A DNA stretch of 64,000 bases from Bacteroidales bacterium (GTDB lineage Bacteria > Bacteroidota > Bacteroidia > Bacteroidales > CAIWKO01). Below the pieces are notes generated by a model. The model was not told the DNA's origin. It saw only the letters and a program-made list of their open reading frames with translations, and ran no database searches. Location of the stretch: positions 12,369 through 76,368 of the forward strand of contig DAOQAT010000001.1 in the NCBI GenBank assembly GCA_035354195.1, written 5' to 3'. The translations under genes were made by a program, and so were the position numbers. The stretch's first letter is position 1. Each line of letters opens with the position of its first letter. This document shows, piece by piece, positions 55,231 to 64,000 of this stretch.

Positions 55231-56106
55231 ATGAAAAAATTGACCATATTATTCATTGTATTGTTTATGACAGGGAGTTTTAGCCTGAAAGGCCAGACAC
55301 AAATGCCCAATGCCGATTTTGAAGGATGGTCGGCTGCATATCCGGATAACAGGCCGCTTAACTACAATACCATTGACACCTTAGGCCTGCACAGCTGCTA
55401 TAAAACAACCGACAAACACGGAGGTACATATGCTGCAAAATTAAGGTCGCTTGACACCACCATAATTATATACAATGTTAAACTTCCGGGCGTTGCAACC
55501 CTGGGGAAGATCAATATTAGCAGCATGACTATTACCAAAGGAATCCCATTTACCGATAAACCCAATAATTTCAGAGGTTATTATAAGTACCTGCCGGTAA
55601 ATATTGACACCATGTCCGTCTACCTTTATTTCTGGCGATATAATACCGTGCTTCAAAAACAAGACACTATGGGCGGCGTTGCTTTTGACACTTCTGCAAC
55701 TATTGGCTCTTATACGCTGTTCGACCTGCCCATACAATGGGATACGAATTACACGGAGTCACCGGATTCTATGAATATAATTTTGCTGGCTTCGCATACC
55801 ATTCAAAACCATACCAGCGCCTTTTTCGATGATTTTAGTTTTTATTATCTGGCCACAGGGTTTGAACAGCGCCTGGATGATGTGTTGGCAGAAGTTTATC
55901 CAAATCCGGCAACTGGCCTGCTTACTATCAATAATGAGGTAACTACCGAAATCAGCCTGTACTCTATAGCGGGAGCGTTGATCATGAGGCGGGAAGCGGC
56001 TGAAAAGAATTGTCAACTGGATGTTTCGAGCCTGCCGCGAGGTGTTTATGTACTCCGGTTGAAGGATGATTCAGGAGTGAAAATATCCAAAATTATTCTG
56101 GAATAG
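55231..56106 (+). CDS. PCMD-like domain protein with T9SS C-terminal domain
   Basis: It has a signal peptide, FRGYYKYLPVNIDTMSVYLYFW typical of the putative carbohydrate metabolism domain, and the tail VYPNPATGLLTI...GVYVLRL. Confidence 0.7.
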   Translation: MKKLTILFIVLFMTGSFSLKGQTQMPNADFEGWSAAYPDNRPLNYNTIDTLGLHSCYKTTDKHGGTYAAKLRSLDTTIIIYNVKLPGVATLGKINISSMTITKGIPFTDKPNNFRGYYKYLPVNIDTMSVYLYFWRYNTVLQKQDTMGGVAFDTSATIGSYTLFDLPIQWDTNYTESPDSMNIILLASHTIQNHTSAFFDDFSFYYLATGFEQRLDDVLAEVYPNPATGLLTINNEVTTEISLYSIAGALIMRREAAEKNCQLDVSSLPRGVYVLRLKDDSGVKISKIILE

Positions 56107-56219
56107 CCACAAAACAGTTTGGGATCTCTTTCTGGATTTCGATTACGCTCTGAAAACAATCCGTATTGTTGGCTGTTAAAATTAACAAATGGAAATGATG
56201 TGATCCGGAAAGAACAATA

Positions 56220-57872
56220 TTACTTTCCCTCGTCTGAGGAACTAAATACTTTTTCCCCCCGGATAAATGTTTTTAAAACCTTAGCGGATAGTACTTCTTT
56301 TTCGGGGATCGTCATGATGTCTTTATCGAGTATGACGAAATCCGCGTATTTACCAGCTTCCAGGCTGCCTTTTTCGTTTTCTTCAAAACATGCTTTGGCA
56401 GCCCAAAGGGTTATACCTCGAATCGCCTCAGCCCGGGTGATAGCATTTTCGGTTTGAAAACCATTTTCAGGAAAGCCTTTTATATCCTTACGGAAAACGG
56501 CTGCATAGAACGTCAGCATGGGATCAATTTCTTCAATGGGAAAATCAGTGCCGAAAGGAATCCATCCGTTTTGTAATAAAAGTGTTTTATAGGCATAGGC
56601 GTTTTTCACCCTTTCTTTTCCAAGACGGGCTTCAGCCCAATTCATATCCGAAGTGGCGTGTGTGGGTTGAACCGAAGGAATGATGCAAAAGTCGCCAAAC
56701 ATACCGATATCATTTGGATTAACTACCTGTGAATGTTCGATGCGCCAGCGCCGGTCGTTTTTTCCGTTCAGAATTGCTGCATAGATTTTCAATAGTTGCC
56801 TTACGGCTGAATCACCAATCGCATGCGTGTTCACCTGATAATTGTTTTCGTAAGCAATGTTGCAATAATACCTCAGCGAGTCGGGGGTCTCAAGCATTAA
56901 CCCGAAGTTTGCTGCGTCATCGCTGTATGGCTGCAGCAGGCAGGCGCCACGCGAACCCAGTGCCCCGTCGGCATACAATTTAATGGAACAAACATGCAGC
57001 CTGTCTTTTTTATAAATTCCTTTTTTTACAAAATAATCAATGTTCTCTTTTGAGGGATCGAGCATCGCATAAATATTTATTTTCAGTAAGCTTTCCGACT
57101 GCAACTGTTCCAAAAAGAGAACTGTTTCTTTTGATAATCCTGCGTCAGCTACGGTGGTCAATCCGGTTGCCAGGCATTTTTTCTGGGCTTCCTGAAGCAG
57201 GGTGGCAAGTTCGTCGCCTTTGGGTTTTGGTACAAATTCTTTCATCATGTCGGCGGCCTTATCAATGAGGACACCGGTGAGTTTGCCATTTTTCAGTAGG
57301 ATTTTCCCGCCATCAATTTGTGTTTTCGTAGTAATGCCGGCAAGTTCAAGCGCTTTTGAATTCGCAATAACCGCATGCCCGTCTATGCGCGTAAGCACCA
57401 CAGGGATGTCAGGGAAATTTTCATCGAGCAGTGTGTTATCCGGGAAGTTTTTATCCTCCCAGAGGTTCTGGTCCCATCCCCGGCCCAAAAGCCATTGCGG
57501 GTGAAGTTTAGTTTGATGGGCTTTCAGCCGTTCGATGACCATTTTAAATGAGGTGGATCCTTTCAGATCAGCCTGTTGCAGCATCAGTGCAAGGCCATAA
57601 AAATGGCAGTGTGCATCAATGAAACCGGGATAAACTATGCCACCCTGCAGGTCAATGCTGGCTTTCGAATTATAAGACTTTTTGATCACATCGCTGCTGC
57701 CTGTGGCAAGAATTTTCCCGCCTTTCACAGCCATGGCTTCTGTTATGGAGAAATTATTGTCAACGGTGTATATTTTTCCGTTGTAGAGCAAAAGGTCGGC
57801 TTCGGCCTTTTGCCCGCAAGCACCTAGTATAAGCATAAGCGGTATTGCTAAAACAATTAGGTTTCTTTTCAT
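56220..57872 (-). CDS. amidohydrolase-3 (YtcJ-like) metal-dependent hydrolase, lipoprotein
   Basis: It has GFIDAHCHF metal ligands. I moved the start to MKRNLIVLAIPLMLILGAC (ATG at 57872). The track start at 58019 lies in the divergent promoter region. Confidence 0.85.
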   Translation of the reverse strand: MKRNLIVLAIPLMLILGACGQKAEADLLLYNGKIYTVDNNFSITEAMAVKGGKILATGSSDVIKKSYNSKASIDLQGGIVYPGFIDAHCHFYGLALMLQQADLKGSTSFKMVIERLKAHQTKLHPQWLLGRGWDQNLWEDKNFPDNTLLDENFPDIPVVLTRIDGHAVIANSKALELAGITTKTQIDGGKILLKNGKLTGVLIDKAADMMKEFVPKPKGDELATLLQEAQKKCLATGLTTVADAGLSKETVLFLEQLQSESLLKINIYAMLDPSKENIDYFVKKGIYKKDRLHVCSIKLYADGALGSRGACLLQPYSDDAANFGLMLETPDSLRYYCNIAYENNYQVNTHAIGDSAVRQLLKIYAAILNGKNDRRWRIEHSQVVNPNDIGMFGDFCIIPSVQPTHATSDMNWAEARLGKERVKNAYAYKTLLLQNGWIPFGTDFPIEEIDPMLTFYAAVFRKDIKGFPENGFQTENAITRAEAIRGITLWAAKACFEENEKGSLEAGKYADFVILDKDIMTIPEKEVLSAKVLKTFIRGEKVFSSSDEGK

Positions 57873-58039
57873 TCTATGGTCTTGTCCAGCAAAGATAAGC
57901 GGTTTTGTTTTCCAATTTTTTATTATTTTCTTGCAACTGTTTTTTTTGTAAATTTGTTCTGCCACTGGCCGATTGTTTATTTTGAAAAACAAACAGATAG
58001 CGATCGACTGATCAATCAACGAAAAGCGTAATACTGCAA

Positions 58040-61000
58040 ATGAAGAAAATATTCTCTGTTTTAATAACCCTGCTTTTTGTTTTTAATGCTTATGCGCAGC
58101 TGAACACTGGTGGCCAGCAGGTATTTAGAAGCCTGACCGACAACGGAATCAGGGGCATAGGAGTGGCTTATTTATTTAGCGGCACAAACCGTTATGAGAT
58201 CACATACAACAACACATTTTTTGTGCGCCTGGGTGTGAAAGATTTTACATTTCTCAAAGAAATTGGCAAACCGGCTCTCCCTGCGCGTTACGATATTGTT
58301 TTAATTCCTGATGGCGCTCAGCCTGAAATTGTTTTGAAAAACGCTCCATTTGCACCACAGGATGGCCTGCTTATTTACCCTGCTCTTCGAAATGCCACCG
58401 ATCGTTATGGCGATCCGGACCCTGAATTTACTTTAGATTCGGCGTTTTATCAAAGCAATACCTGGTATCCTGAAAATCCTGTAACACTTGTTAATATTAT
58501 AAAAGTCAAAGGTATTTCTCTTGCGGTAATTCAGGTTTGCCCTGTGCAGTATAATCCACAAATGAGAAAGGCAAAAATCTTTAGCCAACTGGATTATGAA
58601 GTTAAATTTTCACGGAATAAAAAATTTTTCAATCATAAAGAGCAATATTCGGCTGCTTTCCTTAATAAACTGCAAAACCTTGTATTGAACAATGTGTCTG
58701 TGAAAGCTGAAACGGATTTGTATTTTTCGGCAAAGAATTCTCTGTCACAGTCAAAAACAGCCGGTGCAAAAAATTATATCATCATTACGCATTCGGACTA
58801 TCTGGAGGCAGCCGACAGCTTGGCCAAATGGAAAAACCAGCTTGGTTATTCCACAGAAATAGTGTCACGGTCAAGCTGGACAAGCCCGCAGGTTAAATCA
58901 GAGATACAAAGCCGTTATCAGTCATGGTCACCCAAACCTGATTATGTTGTGATCCTCGGCGACCACGATCAGGTGCCCGGCGAGATTCATCAGGATCCGA
59001 CCTACGGCGACAATTTTGCGACCGATTTGTATTATGCCTGCATGGATGGAGCATCGGATTACGTGGCCGATCTGGCATTCGGGAGAATTTCGGTGTCATC
59101 AGCCACAGAAGCTATGACCGTAGTTAACAAAATTATCAGCTACGAAAAAAATCCACCTGTTCAGCCTGCTTTTTATTCTAAGGGCGTAGTTAGCGCATAT
59201 TTTCAGGATGATGATGATAACTCTTATGAAGACAGGCGCTTTGTACTTACCAATGAGGAAATCAGGAATTATATGCAGTCGCAGCAAGGGTTTACGGTTG
59301 ACAGGATTTTTGAAGCAGACACGGGCACAACTCCTTTATATTATAACAATGGCCTGTATGCAAATTCAGAGCCCTTGCCGGCGGAACTTCTACGAAGCAA
59401 TGGATTTGCGTGGGATGGTGATAAAAATGACATAGCCGCCGCTTTGAATTCAGCCGATGGAAGGCTGTTCCTCGCTCACCGCGATCATGGTTATGTGGGC
59501 GGCTCGGGATGGGCATCACCCGAATTTGTTACAAATGATATTAATATGCTGAACAACGGAAATAAACTGCCTGTGGTTTTCAGCATTAATTGCCATACCG
59601 GCGAATACCAGCTGAGTGAATGTTTCTCTGAAAAATTTTTGCGTAAGGCTAATGGTGGCGCGGTTGGCGTATTCGGGGCGGCTTATTACAGCTGGAGCGG
59701 ATTCAACGACGGGCTGATTGCAGGTATGTTTGACGCTATCTGGGCAAGCCCCGGACTGGTACCCAACTTATCCGGTAATGGCGATGATCCTGTTGGGAGC
59801 CCGGTGCCTCATGAACCTGTATACACGATGGGCGACGTGCTGAACCAGGGAATCATCAGAATGATCCAGACCTGGGGCGATGATAAATACACCCATGAGT
59901 TGTTCCATTATTTCGGTGATCCGGCCATGAAAATCTGGACTGCTTTTCCCGGAACAATTTCCGCCTCGCACCAGGCCTCCATTGCTTGCCATGATACTTC
60001 GTTTACTATCAATACGGCCAGTTGTTCCCATTGCCTGGCAACGCTTGTTGTTGATGGCGAACTTATTGCCAGTGACAGCCTTAATTCAACGCCGCTCACC
60101 TTACATTTTCCTCCCGTGCTTGGTAGTGCTGCAGTTCTTACGATTTCGAAACACAACTTCAGGCCTTATATTGCGAATATCCCATTTACATCAACCTGCT
60201 TACGTCCTGATTTTAACATTGCTTATGGTAATGCCTGTGTCGGTCAGGAGATAGATTTCACGGATGCTTCCGGCGGAGATATTCTCACTTACAACTGGGA
60301 TTTTGGAGCGGATGCACTCCCTTTGACAGCCAATACTTCCGGGCCTTTTCAGGTTGTTTATTCCTCACCGGGGATGAAAATCATCACGCTTACCATTGTA
60401 AATGGAATTAATTCCGAAACGTATTATGATTCGCTGTACATTGACCAGCCTTGTATTTACTACACCGAACAAAATCACGTTACGACGGTCAATGCCTGCC
60501 AGGGCATGCTTCTCGATAACGGAAGTACAGGGAACTATATTGCCAATTCAAACGATACGGTAACCATCTCAGCTTTGGGCGCTGCCTCTGTCACTCTTAA
60601 CTTTGTCGATTTTGATGTGGAACCGGGAGACAACGGCAGCTGTAATTATGATTACCTTGAGGTATTTGACGGGTCCAATACGTCTGCCACTCTTATCGGC
60701 AAATACTGCAACCTGACAGGGAATACGCCACCGCCGGCCATCACTTCTACCGGGAGTTCCATAACACTGCATTTTTATTCCGATGGATATACCCAGGGAA
60801 GAGGCTATGAGATCGATTTTAACTGTGCGACTGCAGGATTGGCGCCTTCTGCTGCTTTCATAGCCGAACCGCTGAATACCTGCGACGGCTTGATAAACTT
60901 TACGGACCTGACTACCAATTCACCGGTGGCATTTCTTTGGAATTTTGGTGATGGCGATACTTCCAACCTTCAAAATCCGTCTCATAATTACCTGGCAAAT

Positions 61001-62236
61001 GGAAATTATACGGTGTCGCTTAAAGCTACGAACGCATACGGGGATAATACTTTTACCCGAATAAATTATATAAGTGTTCAGCGTCCTGATGCTCCGGATG
61101 TAATAAATGATACGGTATGCGGCCCTGCGCAGGCTGAGTTGACGGCACTTTCGGAAGGCACCATTAACTGGTATGATGATGAAATAGCCGGTAGCCTGGT
61201 TTATGCCGGTGATACCTTAACCACTGCCATGCTGGACACGATTACCACTTATTATGCGGAATCGGTGACAAACGAAATTTATACGGCAGGGGCCCCGGAT
61301 ACACTGATAGGTAGCGGAGGTTATTATACCGGTACCACCGGGCATTATCTGATTTTTAACTGCCTTACAGACCTGACCCTGGTTTCGGTTGATGTTTATG
61401 CAAACCTTGAAGGTAACCGCACGATTAAATTACAGTCAGGTTCCGGTGCCGATATCCTTGATACCATCATTAACCTGGCTTTAGGAAAAACTACGATTTT
61501 TCTGAACTGGAGTATTCCTGCAGGAACCAATTACAGGCTTGTCAACACCGGCCCCGTGCAAAGGCTTTTCCGCAATTCAAGCGGGGCGGTTTATCCCTAT
61601 ACGGTGAATGACATTTTAAGTATTACCGGCAACAGCTATAACAGTTCGAGCTACTATTATTTTTATAACTGGAACGTGCAGGCCGGTGCTTGTAAGAGCG
61701 TTCGGGTGCCGGTAACAGCTTTTGTTTATTCCGCTGTGCCTGACGCCTCCTTTACTTTCAGCGGCCCCGATAATATTGTTGACTTTACTAATTCAACAGC
61801 CGATGCCTATTCATATGAATGGGATTTCGGAGACGGTCACCATTCTGTGGAAACCAGCCCGACGAATACTTTTACCTCCAACGGTTCGTATATCGTAACA
61901 CTTACAGCAACCAACAGCTGTGGGTATGACATTTTTATTGACACTGTTGATATATACAGCGTTGGAATTACTGAAAATGGCAGTTTCCAGAATCTTAGTA
62001 TCAACCCGAATCCTGCCACTGAAAGCATTGTTGTTACATGGGAAAGCATTGCTGAAAATTTAAGTTTAATTGAAATTTCGGATACTTATGGGCAACAACT
62101 CTTTTATAAAAGTATTGCCGCCCGCATGGGAATCAATTCTGAGACGATTGATCTGAGCGGTTTTGCGCAAGGTGTTTATCTTGTTAAAATGATTTCTGGG
62201 AATCAAAAGTCGGTGGTGAAACTGGTGGTTTTGTAA
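58040..62236 (+). CDS. gingipain-like C25 cysteine peptidase with CUB-like, PKD and Ig-like modules and T9SS C-terminal domain
   Basis: 1398 aa. KNYIIITHSDYLEAADSLAKWK, catalytic-type FLAHRDHGYVGG (His) and VVFSINCHTGEY (Cys). There are three xWxFGDG PKD-type modules and a CNYDYLEVFDG module. The tail is INPNPATESIVV...GVYLVKM. Confidence 0.85.
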   Translation: MKKIFSVLITLLFVFNAYAQLNTGGQQVFRSLTDNGIRGIGVAYLFSGTNRYEITYNNTFFVRLGVKDFTFLKEIGKPALPARYDIVLIPDGAQPEIVLKNAPFAPQDGLLIYPALRNATDRYGDPDPEFTLDSAFYQSNTWYPENPVTLVNIIKVKGISLAVIQVCPVQYNPQMRKAKIFSQLDYEVKFSRNKKFFNHKEQYSAAFLNKLQNLVLNNVSVKAETDLYFSAKNSLSQSKTAGAKNYIIITHSDYLEAADSLAKWKNQLGYSTEIVSRSSWTSPQVKSEIQSRYQSWSPKPDYVVILGDHDQVPGEIHQDPTYGDNFATDLYYACMDGASDYVADLAFGRISVSSATEAMTVVNKIISYEKNPPVQPAFYSKGVVSAYFQDDDDNSYEDRRFVLTNEEIRNYMQSQQGFTVDRIFEADTGTTPLYYNNGLYANSEPLPAELLRSNGFAWDGDKNDIAAALNSADGRLFLAHRDHGYVGGSGWASPEFVTNDINMLNNGNKLPVVFSINCHTGEYQLSECFSEKFLRKANGGAVGVFGAAYYSWSGFNDGLIAGMFDAIWASPGLVPNLSGNGDDPVGSPVPHEPVYTMGDVLNQGIIRMIQTWGDDKYTHELFHYFGDPAMKIWTAFPGTISASHQASIACHDTSFTINTASCSHCLATLVVDGELIASDSLNSTPLTLHFPPVLGSAAVLTISKHNFRPYIANIPFTSTCLRPDFNIAYGNACVGQEIDFTDASGGDILTYNWDFGADALPLTANTSGPFQVVYSSPGMKIITLTIVNGINSETYYDSLYIDQPCIYYTEQNHVTTVNACQGMLLDNGSTGNYIANSNDTVTISALGAASVTLNFVDFDVEPGDNGSCNYDYLEVFDGSNTSATLIGKYCNLTGNTPPPAITSTGSSITLHFYSDGYTQGRGYEIDFNCATAGLAPSAAFIAEPLNTCDGLINFTDLTTNSPVAFLWNFGDGDTSNLQNPSHNYLANGNYTVSLKATNAYGDNTFTRINYISVQRPDAPDVINDTVCGPAQAELTALSEGTINWYDDEIAGSLVYAGDTLTTAMLDTITTYYAESVTNEIYTAGAPDTLIGSGGYYTGTTGHYLIFNCLTDLTLVSVDVYANLEGNRTIKLQSGSGADILDTIINLALGKTTIFLNWSIPAGTNYRLVNTGPVQRLFRNSSGAVYPYTVNDILSITGNSYNSSSYYYFYNWNVQAGACKSVRVPVTAFVYSAVPDASFTFSGPDNIVDFTNSTADAYSYEWDFGDGHHSVETSPTNTFTSNGSYIVTLTATNSCGYDIFIDTVDIYSVGITENGSFQNLSINPNPATESIVVTWESIAENLSLIEISDTYGQQLFYKSIAARMGINSETIDLSGFAQGVYLVKMISGNQKSVVKLVVL

Positions 62237-62283
62237 TTAGTATTTTAATATCCATTATATGCCTAAAACATTATAGTTTCATT

Positions 62284-63096
62284 ATGACCATAGCGGATAT
62301 CATATATAAACACCTGATAGAATATAATTATGTCGTAAGGAAAGGGCTTATCAATAAGATCATATTGTTAGCTATTATCAGCGCCTTTCTTTTTAACAAT
62401 TTTTTCGATTTTTTAAAGCATCTGTATGATAATCAAATGGTTGAATTTGGGTTCTGGGTTTTTTTTACATCCTTTATAGGCACAATGCTCTTTGGGGTGA
62501 TGATATTTATTAAACCTAGAAGTTTTGCGCCTTCCTCCGCGTTGAAAAAAGCAAAATTGTATTTTAAGGAAGATGTATTTAATTTTATCAGGGAACATAA
62601 CCCGGAAATGCAAAAAATTATGCCTTTTCAGAAAATTCATTTTCAATCCCTGCTCGATTCCGGATTAATCCCAAAGAAAGATTTTAATTACGAAGGTGAT
62701 GACTGTATGAACGGTAGTTATAATAATATTCCGTTCAAATTATGTGAGGTCAACCTATTTCATTATTTTAAAAGTTTTTTTTACGGCCAATTTACAATTT
62801 GTGATTTTAACAGGCCATTACTGCCTGTATTCATCTCATTTAATAATAAGGAACTTAATTATTCCGGTGCTGTAATTTCGGAAAATACCGTGCGTATGAT
62901 TCAGGATTATTGCAGTAAATATAATTCGGAAATAAAAATATCACTGAAAGAGCAAAAGCTATATATCGCAATAGGCAGGCACCGAAACCTTTTTGAAAAC
63001 TATAATAAAAAAGCTATTGGGAACCTTGGAAGCGATTATGATATTTTTGTTGCAAACTTTTCTATTATTAAAAGTATCATTGACGATCTTCAATAA
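62284..63096 (+). CDS. hypothetical 2-TM membrane protein, 270 aa (DUF3137-like, tentative)
   Basis: Two N-terminal hydrophobic spans followed by a soluble domain. The DNA is AT-rich. Confidence 0.5.
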   Translation: MTIADIIYKHLIEYNYVVRKGLINKIILLAIISAFLFNNFFDFLKHLYDNQMVEFGFWVFFTSFIGTMLFGVMIFIKPRSFAPSSALKKAKLYFKEDVFNFIREHNPEMQKIMPFQKIHFQSLLDSGLIPKKDFNYEGDDCMNGSYNNIPFKLCEVNLFHYFKSFFYGQFTICDFNRPLLPVFISFNNKELNYSGAVISENTVRMIQDYCSKYNSEIKISLKEQKLYIAIGRHRNLFENYNKKAIGNLGSDYDIFVANFSIIKSIIDDLQ

Positions 63097-63117
63097 TTTT
63101 GGATTTCCAAATTTATA

Positions 63118-63960
63118 TCAAATTTCAATTCCTTTGTGAAACGCCACCAGCCCGTCCATCGGTTCTTTCATGATTTTTGAAACCGTAGTCCCGAATTCCC
63201 CGGCCACCTCCTCAAGGATTTCTTTAAGGTTTGAAGATACCGATCCGGTAAACGCCAGCGGTAATTTTTTGAAATTGGGATAAACAGCCACATGATCCGT
63301 AAAAAAATTCTTAAAACAACGATACACCAAATCATGAATGTAAGGATCACGGAAGTTTGTTCTCAAAAATTTTGAAAATGAAGCCAGGTAGGCATTTGGT
63401 GAGGGCTTGTGATAGATCTTTTCCAGCACCTCTTCGCGGCTTATGGCGTAGTTGCTTTCAAATGCGTGATGAATATGTTCAGGAAGCCTTTTGTAAAAAT
63501 AAGCCCTGAGCAATTCTTTGCCGAGCGCGGCGCCGCCGCCTTCATCGCCTAAAATATAACCCAATGAAGGAACCCGGTCGGTGATCTTTTTGCCATCGTA
63601 AACGCATGACACGGAACCGGTACCCAGTATGCATGCGATGCCGCTGCCATGCCCGAACAAAGCCCTGGCCGCACCAAACAGATCGCTGTAAACGTCTATT
63701 TTTGCTGAAGGGAAATATTTTTGCAAATTATTTTCAACAAAAAAAACGGCACTATCGGTACCGCAGCCAGAACCATAAAAATGCAATTGGCTGATTTCAT
63801 TTTTATTAATTTTCAAATCGTTCTCCAGTACTTTTTTAAAAATATCTTCCCCGGCAAAATAAGGATTCAAGCCCTTGGTGTAATAACTTGCCGTTCTGTT
63901 ATCCGGCTTTAGCAATAGCCAGTGTGTTTTGGTGGAGCCGCTGTCAGCAATGAGTATCAT
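63118..63960 (-). CDS. BadF/BadG/BcrA/BcrD-type ATPase (N-acetylglucosamine kinase-like)
   Basis: 280 aa. It has the N-terminal phosphate-1 motif ILIADSGSTKTHW, then CILGTGS and ILGDEGGG. Confidence 0.8.
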   Translation of the reverse strand: MILIADSGSTKTHWLLLKPDNRTASYYTKGLNPYFAGEDIFKKVLENDLKINKNEISQLHFYGSGCGTDSAVFFVENNLQKYFPSAKIDVYSDLFGAARALFGHGSGIACILGTGSVSCVYDGKKITDRVPSLGYILGDEGGGAALGKELLRAYFYKRLPEHIHHAFESNYAISREEVLEKIYHKPSPNAYLASFSKFLRTNFRDPYIHDLVYRCFKNFFTDHVAVYPNFKKLPLAFTGSVSSNLKEILEEVAGEFGTTVSKIMKEPMDGLVAFHKGIEI

Positions 63961-64000
63961 GGTCAGGATGAGTTGAAAATGAAAAAAAATATGAAAGAAT

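Noticed and set aside
57873-58019. N-terminal 49-aa extension of the amidohydrolase ORF. Similar extensions occur at 24831-24866, 28360-28479, 29696-29725, 42313-42423, 43173-43235 and 4554-4583.
   Set aside because: Internal ATGs give proper signal peptides or conserved N-termini and leave room for promoter boxes. The extensions cover intergenic or promoter DNA.
58040-62236. Identification of the C25 protein as the T9SS sortase PorU
   Set aside because: It carries PKD, CUB-like and Ig-like cargo-type modules and has no porV neighbour. It looks like a secreted gingipain-type protease. This cannot be excluded without a profile comparison.

Overview
The window reads as a dense chromosomal segment of a Bacteroidota bacterium that uses a type IX secretion system (T9SS). 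Five proteins end in Por-secretion-tail C-terminal domains (CTDs). Many starts sit about 20-40 nt downstream of a TAnnTTTG -7 box rather than a Shine-Dalgarno (SD) site. I count about 50 protein genes. Most are housekeeping: a DEAD-box helicase fragment, mqnA-like, alkaline phosphatase, a CPA2 antiporter, murB, pyrG, tpiA, prmA, acyl-CoA synthetase, clpB, a cold-shock-domain protein, lepB, an Omp85-family protein, an FtsX-type permease, a THUMP methyltransferase, SpoIID/LytB, comEC, an ArsB/NhaD permease, an amidohydrolase and a BadF-type kinase. I found no rRNA, tRNA, CRISPR array, transposase, integrase or recognisable defence gene. All family calls rest on motifs read by eye from the supplied translations, with no database search. 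The content that is not ordinary core genome is: (1) an AT-rich three-gene orphan island at about 11.7-15.0 kb, between pyrG and a DUF1846 gene, whose first gene is preceded by a 26-codon Trp-rich micro-ORF and a canonical GGAGG SD, which is unusual for this phylum; (2) an AT-rich two-gene cassette at 43.2-44.4 kb (an ORF6N/KilA-N-like DNA-binding protein plus a Cys-rich lipoprotein), bracketed and split by copies of a hairpin-bearing repeat of about 50-90 nt; (3) a BlaI repressor and BlaR1(M56)-TonB_C sensor pair with a tandem palindromic operator, sandwiched between two T9SS cargo genes; (4) a 1506-aa secreted orphan protein in the tpiA-prmA gene string; (5) a gingipain-like C25 peptidase carrying a CUB-like module, PKD domains and a CTD; (6) a small family of CGCCGCGG-core palindromes in CA/TG-rich tracts at gene 3' ends; (7) a roughly 100-nt nested-hairpin element between clpB and the cold-shock gene. 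I cannot name a defined novel system with confidence. Items 1-4 are the best candidates.
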